A stretch of DNA of 64,000 nt, taken from NCBI GenBank assembly GCA_028875655.1, contig JAPPCX010000067.1:10019-74018 (forward strand), given 5' to 3'. A program made the position numbers and the translations under genes. The DNA is from Chloroflexota bacterium. Lineage in GTDB: Bacteria; Chloroflexota; Dehalococcoidia; Lucifugimonadales; UBA3495. The notes beneath the pieces were generated by a model that saw only the letters and a list, made by a program, of their open reading frames with translations, searched no databases and was not told where the DNA came from. Positions 44,157 to 52,925 of the stretch are shown one piece after another; the first letter of the stretch is position 1, and every line of letters starts with the position of its first letter.

Positions 44157-45002
44157 ATGGACATACAGTTTGAAATCGGCGACCCGTCCCGACCCCGCGG
44201 CCACGCCCTGCTCTACTTCCGCGTGGACACCGAACCCGACCACGTTTACGGCACCTACATCGTCACCCTGCCCATCACCGCTGACCTCACCAAGTACGTC
44301 CCGCCCTTCCTGGCCGCCCACCTGGGTAGCGGCGACACCGGCCCCCTGGCCAACTTCGCCGCCTTTGCCATGCCGCCCATGTCCGAACTCGTCGAGGGCG
44401 GCTACGACCGGCTGGTCCAGCTCGCCAACCTGCGCAACGACGATCTGGTTTATGGCGGCAGCATGTTCTCCTACGACCTGCCCCGCATGATGGAAGCCGT
44501 CGCCGGCGCCGTGCAGGAATACTCCGACGCCTGGAACGAAGCCGCCGGCTCCACCGGCGCCGCTGCCACGTCCATCCCCGCCGATGACGCCGCCATCGCC
44601 CTGGGCGCTCCCGGCCAGCCCGCCGGCGCGTCCGATCCCGACGATAGCGACACCGGCGGTCTCGGCGTCAACGAAGTGCTGTGGAGCTTCATGAGCGAGG
44701 GCGACCGCCTGGCCGAGATGGGCCGCCTCCTCGGCCGCCTCCGCTTCGCCCAGGAAGGCAACGACGCCGCGGCCATCGCCGACGTCACCGCCGAGATGAC
44801 CGCCCTGGGCCGCCACCTGCCCGACGAGTTCAGCATCAACACCCTGGTCGCCAACGCCGGCGACACCGGCCCCGTCGCGGCCCAACTGGCCCAGCTCTAC
44901 CTTGACCGCTGCTATCGCCTGTCCTCCGGCGACACCGAGCAGGTGCGCCGCATCGAAGAAGCCATCCGCAACCTGGAACGCCGCGGCCACGCCAATCCGT
45001 GA
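44157..45002 (+). CDS. Hypothetical protein
   Basis: MDIQFEIGDPSRPRGHALLYFRVDTEPDHVYGTYIVTLPITADLTKYVPPFLAAHL... has good coding composition. No family recognised. Confidence 0.55.
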   Translation: MDIQFEIGDPSRPRGHALLYFRVDTEPDHVYGTYIVTLPITADLTKYVPPFLAAHLGSGDTGPLANFAAFAMPPMSELVEGGYDRLVQLANLRNDDLVYGGSMFSYDLPRMMEAVAGAVQEYSDAWNEAAGSTGAAATSIPADDAAIALGAPGQPAGASDPDDSDTGGLGVNEVLWSFMSEGDRLAEMGRLLGRLRFAQEGNDAAAIADVTAEMTALGRHLPDEFSINTLVANAGDTGPVAAQLAQLYLDRCYRLSSGDTEQVRRIEEAIRNLERRGHANP

Positions 45003-45143
45003 CACTCGCGTTCGACCTGCCTGCCGCTCGTGGTGAGCCTGTCGAACCATCCGCTGGCGGCGCGACTCCTTGACACCCCCGCGCCGCCGACTCTACACTC
45101 CCTCCGTTCCAACCCCAACATCAGCATCAGGAGGTCCTCCCCG

Positions 45144-46139
45144 ATGACCGAAGCTCGTCTCACGCACCCCCACGCCAAAGTCTCCGCCGCCATGGTGGAT
45201 TCCGCCCGCCGCTGGCTGGCCAGCCTGGACAGCGCCCAGCGAGACAAGGCCACCTATCACTATCTGGACGGCGAGCGCATCTTCTGGTACTACCCGCCGC
45301 TCAACCGCCACGGCCTGCCCCTGCGGGACATGACCGAGCAGCAGCGCGCGCTGGCCCTGGAACTCATGGCTACCGGCCTCACCGAAGAGACCAACCGCCA
45401 GGCCAACCTCATCATCGAGCACGAACTGGTCCTCGGCCCCCTGGAAGCCGAATGGGGCCAGGTCACCTTCTCCCGCGACCCGGAGCTGTACTACTGGACC
45501 GTCTTCGGCGAGCCGGGCCGCCACGACCCCTGGGGCTGGCGCGTGGAAGGACACCACCTGTCCGTTCACTACAGCGTCTGGGGCGACCAGGTCCTCGCCG
45601 TAACTCCGTTCTTCCTGGGAGCCAACCCTGCCGAGGTTCGCAAAGGCCCCAAGGAGGGCCTGCGCATCCTGGGCCGGCGCGAAGACCTGGCCATCGAGCT
45701 GATGGCCTCCTTGGACGCCGGGCAGCGCAGCAAGGCCGTGATCCACGACAAGGCGCCCTGGGACATCCTTGGCTACAACACCAGCAAGCAGCCCGTCCAC
45801 AACGATGAGGGCCTGGCCGCCCGCGACATGAACGGCGCTCAGCAGGAAATCCTGATGAACCTCATCGCCGAGTACGTCAACGGCGCTCCCGCCCCCGTCG
45901 CCGAGCAGCGCATGGCCGCCATCCGCGAGTCCGGCATCGACGACTTCCGCCTAGTCTGGGCCGGTGGCCTGGACCGCGGCCGCGACCACTATTACCGCAT
46001 TCACGGCGGCCACTTCATCGTCGAATTCGACAACATCCAGAACGAGGCCAACCACATCCATTCGGTGTGGCGCGACGTCGAAAACGACTTCGCCCAGGAC
46101 GTCCTCCGCGACCACCGCCTCATGTACCACGTCCTGTAA
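45144..46139 (+). CDS. DUF3500 family protein
   Basis: ...YWTVFGEPGRHDPWGWRVEGHHLSVHYSV...HYYRIHGGHFIVEFDNIQNEANHIHSVWRDVENDFAQDVLRDH. Confidence 0.7.
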   Translation: MTEARLTHPHAKVSAAMVDSARRWLASLDSAQRDKATYHYLDGERIFWYYPPLNRHGLPLRDMTEQQRALALELMATGLTEETNRQANLIIEHELVLGPLEAEWGQVTFSRDPELYYWTVFGEPGRHDPWGWRVEGHHLSVHYSVWGDQVLAVTPFFLGANPAEVRKGPKEGLRILGRREDLAIELMASLDAGQRSKAVIHDKAPWDILGYNTSKQPVHNDEGLAARDMNGAQQEILMNLIAEYVNGAPAPVAEQRMAAIRESGIDDFRLVWAGGLDRGRDHYYRIHGGHFIVEFDNIQNEANHIHSVWRDVENDFAQDVLRDHRLMYHVL

Positions 46140-46177
46140 GTCACCCGGCGCAATCACGAACAACTGGAGCGCATAAC

Positions 46178-46498
46178 ATGCCCAAATATCTATACCAGGC
46201 CAACTACACGTCAGCGGGAATGCAGGGACTGCTCAAAGAAGGCGGCAGCTCGCGCCGGCAGGTCTTCGCAGACCTCGCCACGGAGCAGGGCGGCACGCTG
46301 GAGTCGTTCTACTACGCCTTCGGCGGCGCAGACTTGTACATGGTGTTCGACCTGCCCGACGCCACCACGGCGGCGGCCGTCTCCCTGGTCATCACCGCCG
46401 GCGGCGCCCTCAGCATCAGCACCGTGCAGCTGATCACCCCCGAGGAAATCGACGCCGCCGTCAACAAAACCGTCAACTACCGCCCACCCGGCGCCTAG
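46178..46498 (+). CDS. GYD domain protein
   Basis: MPKYLYQANYTSAGMQGLLKEGGSSRRQVFADLATEQGGTLESFYYAFGGADLYMVFDLPDATTAAAVSLVITAGG. Confidence 0.75.
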   Translation: MPKYLYQANYTSAGMQGLLKEGGSSRRQVFADLATEQGGTLESFYYAFGGADLYMVFDLPDATTAAAVSLVITAGGALSISTVQLITPEEIDAAVNKTVNYRPPGA

Positions 46499-46526
46499 CG
46501 AGACGCACCATCATCAACGCGAGTAG

Positions 46527-46551
46527 GGGCGGGTCTTGTACCCGCCCTTTT
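46527..46551 (+). terminator. Rho-independent terminator after the GYD gene
   Basis: gggcgggt-cttgt-acccgccc followed by tttt. Confidence 0.65.
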
Positions 46552-46643
46552 CAATGACAGGCCGGGGGCGGTGTGCTATCGTAGGTTGCCCTGCTGATCG
46601 GCAGGATGCGGAACCACGAAAAACTACCCAGGAAGGTGTTGTT

Positions 46644-48254
46644 ATGCCCACCATGACTGGCGGCCAGGCCCTGATGCGTTCGTTGTACCTTGAAGGCGTG
46701 CGCGTAATTTTCGGACTCCCCGGCGTGCAGCTCTACCACGCCCTGGACGCCCTCAACGACGTGCCCGGCATCCGGTTCATCACCACCCGCCACGAGCAAG
46801 CCACCACCTACATGGCCGACGGCTACGCCCGCGCCAGCGGACAGGTGGGCACCGCCCTGATGGTCCCCGGACCCGGCCTGCTCAACGCCTCCGCCGGACT
46901 CAGCACCGCCTACTCCGCCTCGTCGCCCGTCCTGGTCGTCTGCGGCCAGATCGAGCGCGACCTCATCGGCGTGGACCGCGGCATGCTCCACGAGGTCAAC
47001 GACCAGCAGGACGCCATCCGCCCCGTCACCAAGTACGTCCGCCGCATCATGGCCACCGAGGAGGCCCCCGAGGCCGTCCACGAGGCGTTCCGCCAGCTCA
47101 AGACCGGCCGGCCCCGTCCCGTGGAGGTCGAGATGCCGCCGGAGACCATGGCCGACCCTGGCGAGGTGACGCTAATCGAGTCCGAGGGTTACGCGCGGCC
47201 CGCCGCCTCCGACGAACAGGTCGCCGAGGCCGCCCGCATCCTGGCCGGCGCGCAGCGTCCGCTGATCTGGGCCGGCGGCGGCGTCATCTCCTCCGAGGGT
47301 TCGCAGCCGCTGGTGCGCCTCGCCGAGCGGTTGCAAGCTCCCGTCATCACCACCGCCGAGGGCAAGGGCGCCATCGACGACCGGCACCCGCTGGCCCTGG
47401 GCGCATTGCGTCTGCGCAACGACCCCGTGGCCAAGACCGCCCCCAACTTCGACGTTATACTCGCCGTGGGCACCCGCCTCGCATTCCCGGCCTGGCTGGG
47501 CGGCCAGCGCGTCGTCCAGATCGACATCGACCCCGAGGAGTTGGGCCGCAACTACGAGAACACCTACGGCGTGGCCGGCGACGCCCGCACCGTCATGGAG
47601 CAGGTGGACGCTAAACTCGCCGAGTCCATCGCGCCGGGATCCCGCCCGTCCATGGCCGACGAGGTGGTGGCCCTCCGCAAGCGTCGCAGGGACACCGCGC
47701 TGACGCCCGAGCCCCAGGAGTCGCTGCTGGCCGCCGTCCGGTCCGCCGTGCCCGACGATGGCATCCTGGTGTCGGGCATGACCCAGCTGGGCTACTACGC
47801 CCGCGCTTTCTGGCCCACCTACGAGCCGCGCACCTTCATCACGTCCAGCTACTCCGGCAACCTGGGCTACGCCTGGCCCACCGCTCTGGGAGCCAAGGTG
47901 GCCCAGCCCGACCGTCCGGTGGTGGCACTGTGCGGCGACGGCGGGTTCCTGTTCAACTCCCAGGAGTTGGCCACGGCAGTGCAGCACGGCATCAACGCCA
48001 TCGCGGTGGTGTTCAACGACAACGCCTACGGCAACGTCCTGCGCGACCAGGTCAACCGCTTCGACGGCCGCGTAGTAGGCGCCGAACTGCACAACCCCGA
48101 CTTCGTAAAACTCGCCGAAGCCTACGGAGTAAAAGGCATCCGCGCCGAAGGCCCCGAAGCCCTCGAATCCGCCCTCAAAGACGCCATAGCCGCCGACGCC
48201 CCCGCCCTAATCGAAGTCCCGGTAAGCATGATGCCAACGCCGTTTGAGGGGTAA
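46644..48254 (+). CDS. Thiamine-pyrophosphate-dependent enzyme (acetolactate synthase large-subunit-like)
   Basis: MTGGQALMRSLYLEGVRVIFGLPG...HEQATTYMADGYARASG...LCGDGGFLFNSQELATAVQHGINAIAVVFNDNAYGN (TPP-binding motif). Confidence 0.9.
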   Translation: MPTMTGGQALMRSLYLEGVRVIFGLPGVQLYHALDALNDVPGIRFITTRHEQATTYMADGYARASGQVGTALMVPGPGLLNASAGLSTAYSASSPVLVVCGQIERDLIGVDRGMLHEVNDQQDAIRPVTKYVRRIMATEEAPEAVHEAFRQLKTGRPRPVEVEMPPETMADPGEVTLIESEGYARPAASDEQVAEAARILAGAQRPLIWAGGGVISSEGSQPLVRLAERLQAPVITTAEGKGAIDDRHPLALGALRLRNDPVAKTAPNFDVILAVGTRLAFPAWLGGQRVVQIDIDPEELGRNYENTYGVAGDARTVMEQVDAKLAESIAPGSRPSMADEVVALRKRRRDTALTPEPQESLLAAVRSAVPDDGILVSGMTQLGYYARAFWPTYEPRTFITSSYSGNLGYAWPTALGAKVAQPDRPVVALCGDGGFLFNSQELATAVQHGINAIAVVFNDNAYGNVLRDQVNRFDGRVVGAELHNPDFVKLAEAYGVKGIRAEGPEALESALKDAIAADAPALIEVPVSMMPTPFEG

Positions 48255-48258
48255 TAAT

Positions 48259-48296
48259 CCCCTCTCCCTCGATGGGAGAGGGCCAGGGTTAGGGTG
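48259..48296. repeat. REP family 3 copy
   Basis: cccctctccctcgatgggagagggccagggttagggtg. Confidence 0.8.
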
Positions 48297-48316
48297 TTCC
48301 CTTGGAGGATTGAGCA

Positions 48317-48523
48317 ATGAAACTGATGATAACCATCGACCGCGACGAAGATGGCGTCTGGATCGTGGAATGCCCATCAATTCCCGGATGCGTCAGCCAG
48401 GGCGATACGAAAGACGAGGCCATCGCCAACATCCGGGAAGCCATTGCCCTCTGCATCGAAGTCCGCGCCGAACAGGGTCTGCCGCTAACCATCGAAACAC
48501 GGCAAGTTGAAGTCGTGTTGTAA
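48317..48523 (+). CDS. hicB: HicB-family antitoxin (UPF0150-like), orphan
   Basis: MKLMITIDRDEDGVWIVECPSIPGCVSQGDTKDEAIANIREAIALCIE. Its stop overlaps an ATG (TAATG) that opens only a short stub (MPQLPT...). Confidence 0.8.
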   Translation: MKLMITIDRDEDGVWIVECPSIPGCVSQGDTKDEAIANIREAIALCIEVRAEQGLPLTIETRQVEVVL

Positions 48524-48552
48524 TGCCCCAGCTACCGACCTTTATGGTGCGG

Positions 48553-49533
48553 CTACAAACCGATTGGCGTGATTCGGACGCCCCAATCGTCAGCAAGAGA
48601 TAGCAATAAACTTTCCGGCAGAATTTCGGGCCACTGTGCTTGCAGCACGAATTTATTGGTCTCCAATTGAGACAGTATGACAAATAATTCTGGTTGCCAA
48701 ACGAGGGGGTTTGCGTTGTCGTCTCCTATGCGTCGGCCGAGCAACATTTGTATCTTATCGCTGTTGTTTGCAATGAAGTTGTCTATTGTTGCACCGACTA
48801 CATCCATGGAATCAGATATAACGTGTTCCCCAAGAAAATCCAGCACCATCTCTGAGAGTTCGGCATCGTATTCTTGACCAACGAATCGTTGATGATGCGG
48901 TAGTAGGATATTGAGTAATTGTGCCCCAAAGGTTTTAGGCATCGCGTCCAATTCCCTACGAGCGCGCTCCACCTCTAGGTCAAATAGTTCCGTTAGGCTT
49001 ACCAAGCGGTGGTAAATCCGCTGAATTTCGGGCGGGAGAGCTTCGGCTGATTTGTAGGATAAATCGTGGGTGGTATCGGCCCACAAACTTTCTGACTTGG
49101 TCATTACTTGGATTTCGCATTCCAAATCCCTGATGGCCTTCGGTGCCCTGGGGTGCTTGACTTGGAAATGGGTTGCCCGGTAGCCAAATCTGTCTGGCTC
49201 AGTTGCTACACGTTTGTCATCTCGTTCGAGTACGCAGAATAAAGACGCGATCATCTCCTCCAGATCATTCCGTTCCCAGGGAAAGTCAACTACGACCCGG
49301 ACGCCCGCCTTGTCGCCGATTTCGTCATACGGATCTGCGTACTTTTTCGTGAGGGCCTTGGCGACTAAAGATCGGACTTCCTTAGCCCTGTGTTCAACGT
49401 TGCATTTGAACTTCTTATCTCGCGCAGACTCCTCGATGATTTGACCTATCTGGCGAGCTAACCGCAGGTAATATGGGCACTCCGCAATGTAGCGGCGGCG
49501 CAATCCGTCGATGTCGATGGGGGTGCTAACCAC
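48553..49533 (-). CDS. RelA/SpoT-homologue synthetase-domain protein (small alarmone synthetase/toxSAS-like) with a ~135-aa C-terminal domain of unknown function
   Basis: All five synthetase motifs are present: HRAKEVRSLVAKAL (RxKxxxSxxxK), DKAGVRVVV (DxxGxR), GYRATHFQV, ECEIQVMT (EIQ), WADTTHDLSYK. GTG start overlaps the upstream stop by 8 nt (GTGGTTAG). AT-rich. Confidence 0.8.
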   Translation of the reverse strand: MVSTPIDIDGLRRRYIAECPYYLRLARQIGQIIEESARDKKFKCNVEHRAKEVRSLVAKALTKKYADPYDEIGDKAGVRVVVDFPWERNDLEEMIASLFCVLERDDKRVATEPDRFGYRATHFQVKHPRAPKAIRDLECEIQVMTKSESLWADTTHDLSYKSAEALPPEIQRIYHRLVSLTELFDLEVERARRELDAMPKTFGAQLLNILLPHHQRFVGQEYDAELSEMVLDFLGEHVISDSMDVVGATIDNFIANNSDKIQMLLGRRIGDDNANPLVWQPELFVILSQLETNKFVLQAQWPEILPESLLLSLADDWGVRITPIGL

Positions 49534-50581
49534 GGCCTTTCACATTCGTCAGACGATCGGTAATAGAAACTTCCACTTGACCATCATCTGTTAGGTTTGT
49601 CTTAACTTTTTCATCAAATGCATCGAGAGTACCTATGACCGTGAGTCCGCTCGCTAGGGTCATCGAGACCTTTCTCAATTGGGTAGCGATTAAGCCAGTA
49701 TCTTTAGGGAAAACCGTGGTTGGTACGCCGCGTTCATCGATGTACTCCACAAAGTTTTGTCGGTCTTCCGCGTCCAAGTGTTCCGTTGCGAACAAGTCAG
49801 GATCAATGGCGTCCACGTTGCGCCTCAACTCTGTCAAAATGGCAACCATGTAATCCGTTTGTTTGCTTGGATTCGCAACTTCCGTATTTGTCCAGTCCTG
49901 CGCGGCCTCTAGAAAATTGAGAGTGACTGTGGCTGGGTCATCCTGTAAACGGCAACCCAAGAACTTACGCAGGAAAAAATCTGCTACTCTCGCCCCCATC
50001 CCGCTGGCGATTTGATTGTCTGACGCTATCCCCTCGATATCGCTTAAGTCTGTCCCGAATTGCGTGAATAATGCCGCTTTGAACACGCGGGTCTTGCCAG
50101 TCATCATCAAGTCTTGCAAGTGTTCTACGTCGAAGGTGGGTTCGCCTTGGTGGTTTATAGGAAGGGCCCTTGCCCCTTCTTCGTGCTCTAACTTGACAAT
50201 GGCTACTGCCTGTCGCCCGTTAGCATCAACCTCGGCAACTGCCAGTATCCCTGGCGCGTTGCTCTTGGTCTGTACTGCGTACAGGTGCTGGGCCATAATT
50301 TGCGAGTCGCCTATGAAGCGTAGGTTGCCCATTGTCGTGATATTCAGCACTAATCCCGGTACCACGGACGTACTCTGGACATCGAACGCGACAGGATAAG
50401 CTCCATTTATCAGGGTAGCGACAAGCTTTTGGCGGAAGTAATTTTTGGCCCGGCTGTTTAGAGGGCTCTCAATCCTGCTCAACGCCAAGGAATGACCGTC
50501 ATCAGCAGGCCCAGACGGGACGCTGTGAAAAATTATTCTGCCAAGATCTATCCGGCTTACGTCTATAACCATGGTTCTCAC
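49526..50581 (-). CDS. Nucleoid-associated protein YejK/NdpA-like (NA37 family)
   Basis: RIIFHSVP..., ...GILAVAEVDANGRQAVAIVKLEH..., and especially GARVADFFLRKFLGC, which I compare with E. coli YejK GRKVADFFMDFLGA recalled from memory. Start is GTG 50581 or ATG 50572. AT-rich. Confidence 0.7.
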   Translation of the reverse strand: MRTMVIDVSRIDLGRIIFHSVPSGPADDGHSLALSRIESPLNSRAKNYFRQKLVATLINGAYPVAFDVQSTSVVPGLVLNITTMGNLRFIGDSQIMAQHLYAVQTKSNAPGILAVAEVDANGRQAVAIVKLEHEEGARALPINHQGEPTFDVEHLQDLMMTGKTRVFKAALFTQFGTDLSDIEGIASDNQIASGMGARVADFFLRKFLGCRLQDDPATVTLNFLEAAQDWTNTEVANPSKQTDYMVAILTELRRNVDAIDPDLFATEHLDAEDRQNFVEYIDERGVPTTVFPKDTGLIATQLRKVSMTLASGLTVIGTLDAFDEKVKTNLTDDGQVEVSITDRLTNVKGRG

Positions 50582-51040
50582 TTGTTTCGTTACGTGGGAC
50601 AGGGGGGCGAGGCACCGACCGGGGTTCGAATCCCATCGTGACTACCGATCATGATTATAGGGTATCGGTGCGAGATTGAAAAATTGAAAATGCGATCGCA
50701 TTTCCCTACCCGCTAGTAAAAACAAATTCTCTTCGATCCCGCCCATCCCCGCAAATCCAAAATCCAATGACACCGCCCCCATTGCGCCTAACCTGCCAGC
50801 CGGCCTATCCTAGTATCGTCTAGGCAAAACGTACGTTTCATCCCAATCCCAGAGAGGCAGGATTCCCACATCAACGGCCAACCCCGTCAGTACCAAAATC
50901 GCAACCGGCCCAGGTGGCAACCGCCGCTCAAAGACCTGACTCCTAACCGGCATCGCCCCACTGGTGTCCCCGGGACAGCCCAGCCCGCGCGCAGGTGCAC
51001 CTTACGGCGTGCCGAGTACACGAAAAAGTAGGTCAAATAG

Positions 51041-51125
51041 TTGCGTACCCAACCCGGCCGTATGCTGACAACGATGCGGGAATCCTGCCTCTCGCCAACC
51101 AAACGCTCATCCTAAGCCTGTCGAA
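51041..51125 (-). repeat. Composite dispersed repeat, copy 2 (shortened, inverse of 1501..1660)
   Basis: ttgcgtacccaacccggccgtatgctgacaacgatgcg + ggaatcctgcctctcgcc + aaccaaacgctcatcctaagcctgtcgaa. This is the reverse complement of the three blocks of copy 1, without its two internal inserts. Confidence 0.7.
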
Positions 51126-51191
51126 AGACAAAGGAGCGAAGCCCCGAAAACACGATAAAATACCCGGACAAACCGCCCAATTGGAGGCCCC

Positions 51192-51413
51192 ATGGTCCGA
51201 CAACTCACCGCGATCATCGAACGCGAAGACGATATGTACGTCGCCCTCTGCCCCGAGTTAGACATCGCCAGCCAGGGCTACACCGTCACCGAAGCCCGCG
51301 ACAACCTGAAAGAAGCGCTGGAGCTGTTTTTCGAGGTAGCTTCAGATGCTGAGGTCAAGGAGCGTCTGCACTCTGAGGTGTACGTGACGCAGGTGGAGGT
51401 TGCCGTTGGCTAG
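51192..51413 (+). CDS. hicB: HicB-family antitoxin
   Basis: MVRQLTAIIEREDDMYVALCPELDIASQGYTVTEARDNLKEALELFFE. Confidence 0.8.
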   Translation: MVRQLTAIIEREDDMYVALCPELDIASQGYTVTEARDNLKEALELFFEVASDAEVKERLHSEVYVTQVEVAVG

Positions 51414-51624
51414 GCTGCGCGTCATGTCTGGGCGCGAGGCTTGCGAGATACTAGCCGCGCATGGTTTCGCGGAGGTCAGACGTCGGAGCAGTCATATCAT
51501 CATGCAGAAATCGGAGGCTGGCCGCACCATCACGGTGCCAGTGCCCGACCACCGGGAATTGCGGATCGGAACCTTACAATCAATCATCCGACAATCTGAG
51601 CTTTCCAGGGTGCAGTTCGAGTAA
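51400..51624 (+). CDS. hicA: HicA-family mRNA interferase toxin
   Basis: (L)PLARLRVMSGREACEILAAHGFAEVRRRSSHIIMQKSEAGRTITVPVPDHRELRIGTLQSIIRQSEL. TTG start overlaps hicB. An alternative ATG lies at 51424. Confidence 0.8.
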   Translation: MPLARLRVMSGREACEILAAHGFAEVRRRSSHIIMQKSEAGRTITVPVPDHRELRIGTLQSIIRQSELSRVQFE

Positions 51625-51739
51625 AGTAGCAAATCTCTCGACCTCCCCCACCCTGTGCTATCATGCCCCCGGCGGCGACCCTTACCGCCGTCCATCCGGC
51701 ACCACGCGTTACGCATTGCATCCATAGTAGGAGGTAATC

Positions 51740-52726
51740 ATGGCTGGAAACTACACCATCAGCGTCGGCACCGTCGGCGGTGGGCTATCCGTCAGCCCCG
51801 ACGGCGGCGAATCCTGGAACCGCATCCGCGACCCGCTGCCCAGCGAGTGCAACATCCGCGCCCTGGCCGTCGATCCCAACCACAAGAACCGCATCTATGC
51901 CGGCTCCGACAACGGCCTCTTCCGCTCCAACGACAACGGCTTCACCTGGCAGTACATCGAGTCCCCCATGGACGACCTGCAAATCTGGTCCGTGGGCATC
52001 GACCCCGACGACTCCGACACCGTGTTCGTAGGCACCCGGCCCAACGCCTTCCGCTCCCGCGACGGCGGCGACACCTGGGAGGCCCTGGACCTGGGCGTCC
52101 GCATGCCCTGCCCCATCGGGATTCCGCGCACCACCAACATCATCGTTGACCCGCGCGACACCCGCACCGTGTGGGCCGGCATCGAGGTGGACGGCGTGTA
52201 CCGCAGCCTCGACGGCGGCGACAACTGGACCCGCCTGCCCGACCTGGGACCCGACCCCTTCCACGGCGACATCCACGGCATGGCCCTCAAGCCCGGCCCC
52301 GACGCCGCCATTTACTGCACCACACCCTTCGGCATCTCTACCAGCAACGACGAGGGCGAGAGTTGGGAGCTCCACGAGTTCCCCCGCTTCCACGAGTCCG
52401 ACATGCGCTCCTACTGCCGCGGCATGGTCATCAAGCCCGGCGAGGCCAGCACCATGTTCGTGGGCAACGGCGACACCATCCCTGGCGTGACCGGCACGAT
52501 CCGCCGCACCCAGGACGCCGGCGGCTCGTGGGATGAGCCTAGCCTGTCCCAGACCCCCAACTCGGTGGTGTACTGGTTCGCCGCCAGCCCTCACGTGGAC
52601 GACGTCATGGTCGCCGCCAGCATCTACGGCTACGTGTACGTCAGCACCGACGGCGGCGAAAACTGGGACAAGCTCCAGAAGGAGTTCGGCGAAATCCGCT
52701 CCCTCGCCCTCACCCCCAATGAGTAA
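51740..52726 (+). CDS. BNR/Asp-box repeat beta-propeller protein
   Basis: Seven SxDxGxxW boxes: SPDGGESW, SNDNGFTW, SRDGGDTW, SLDGGDNW, SNDEGESW, TQDAGGSW, STDGGENW. Confidence 0.8.
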   Translation: MAGNYTISVGTVGGGLSVSPDGGESWNRIRDPLPSECNIRALAVDPNHKNRIYAGSDNGLFRSNDNGFTWQYIESPMDDLQIWSVGIDPDDSDTVFVGTRPNAFRSRDGGDTWEALDLGVRMPCPIGIPRTTNIIVDPRDTRTVWAGIEVDGVYRSLDGGDNWTRLPDLGPDPFHGDIHGMALKPGPDAAIYCTTPFGISTSNDEGESWELHEFPRFHESDMRSYCRGMVIKPGEASTMFVGNGDTIPGVTGTIRRTQDAGGSWDEPSLSQTPNSVVYWFAASPHVDDVMVAASIYGYVYVSTDGGENWDKLQKEFGEIRSLALTPNE

Positions 52727-52764
52727 CCGTACACCCCGCTCATCCCGAGCTCGTCAATAGATGC

Positions 52765-52870
52765 TCCCTCTCCCTTGATGGGAGAGGGTTGGGGTGAGGG
52801 TGAGCCTCCCCCCGCTCATCCTGAACCTGTCGAAGGATAAAGGACGCCCCTCTCCTCAAGGGGAGAGGGG
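52765..52870. repeat. REP cluster: family 3 copy, family 4 (..ctcatcctgaacctgtcgaa..) copy and a cccctctcc/ggagagggg hairpin
   Basis: tccctctcccttgatgggagagggttggggtgagggtga (52765-52803), ccgctcatcctgaacctgtcgaa (52812-52834), cccctctcctcaaggggagagggg (52847-52870). Confidence 0.8.
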
Positions 52871-52925
52871 CTTTTGATGCTAAAATGCCACCATCAGGGA
52901 GCCACACCCGGCAGGCTGGTGCAAC

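Noticed and set aside
44139-45050. 303-aa minus-strand ORF, and similar ones at 45093..45800, 47172..48092, 51785..52594, 58387..58956 and 62320..63243
   Set aside because: All are antisense to genes with recognisable domains and show the Gly/Ala/Val/His-rich bias of GC-rich antisense frames.
50585-50650. tRNA gene (GGTTCGAATCC T-loop motif)
   Set aside because: Only 3 bp of T-stem can pair. No complementary 5' acceptor strand (agtcacg) and no anticodon arm are found upstream. I treat it as a fragment at most.
50693-50700. GCGATCGC (HIP1-like palindrome) as evidence of cyanobacterial origin of the cassette
   Set aside because: A single occurrence of an 8-mer carries no statistical weight.
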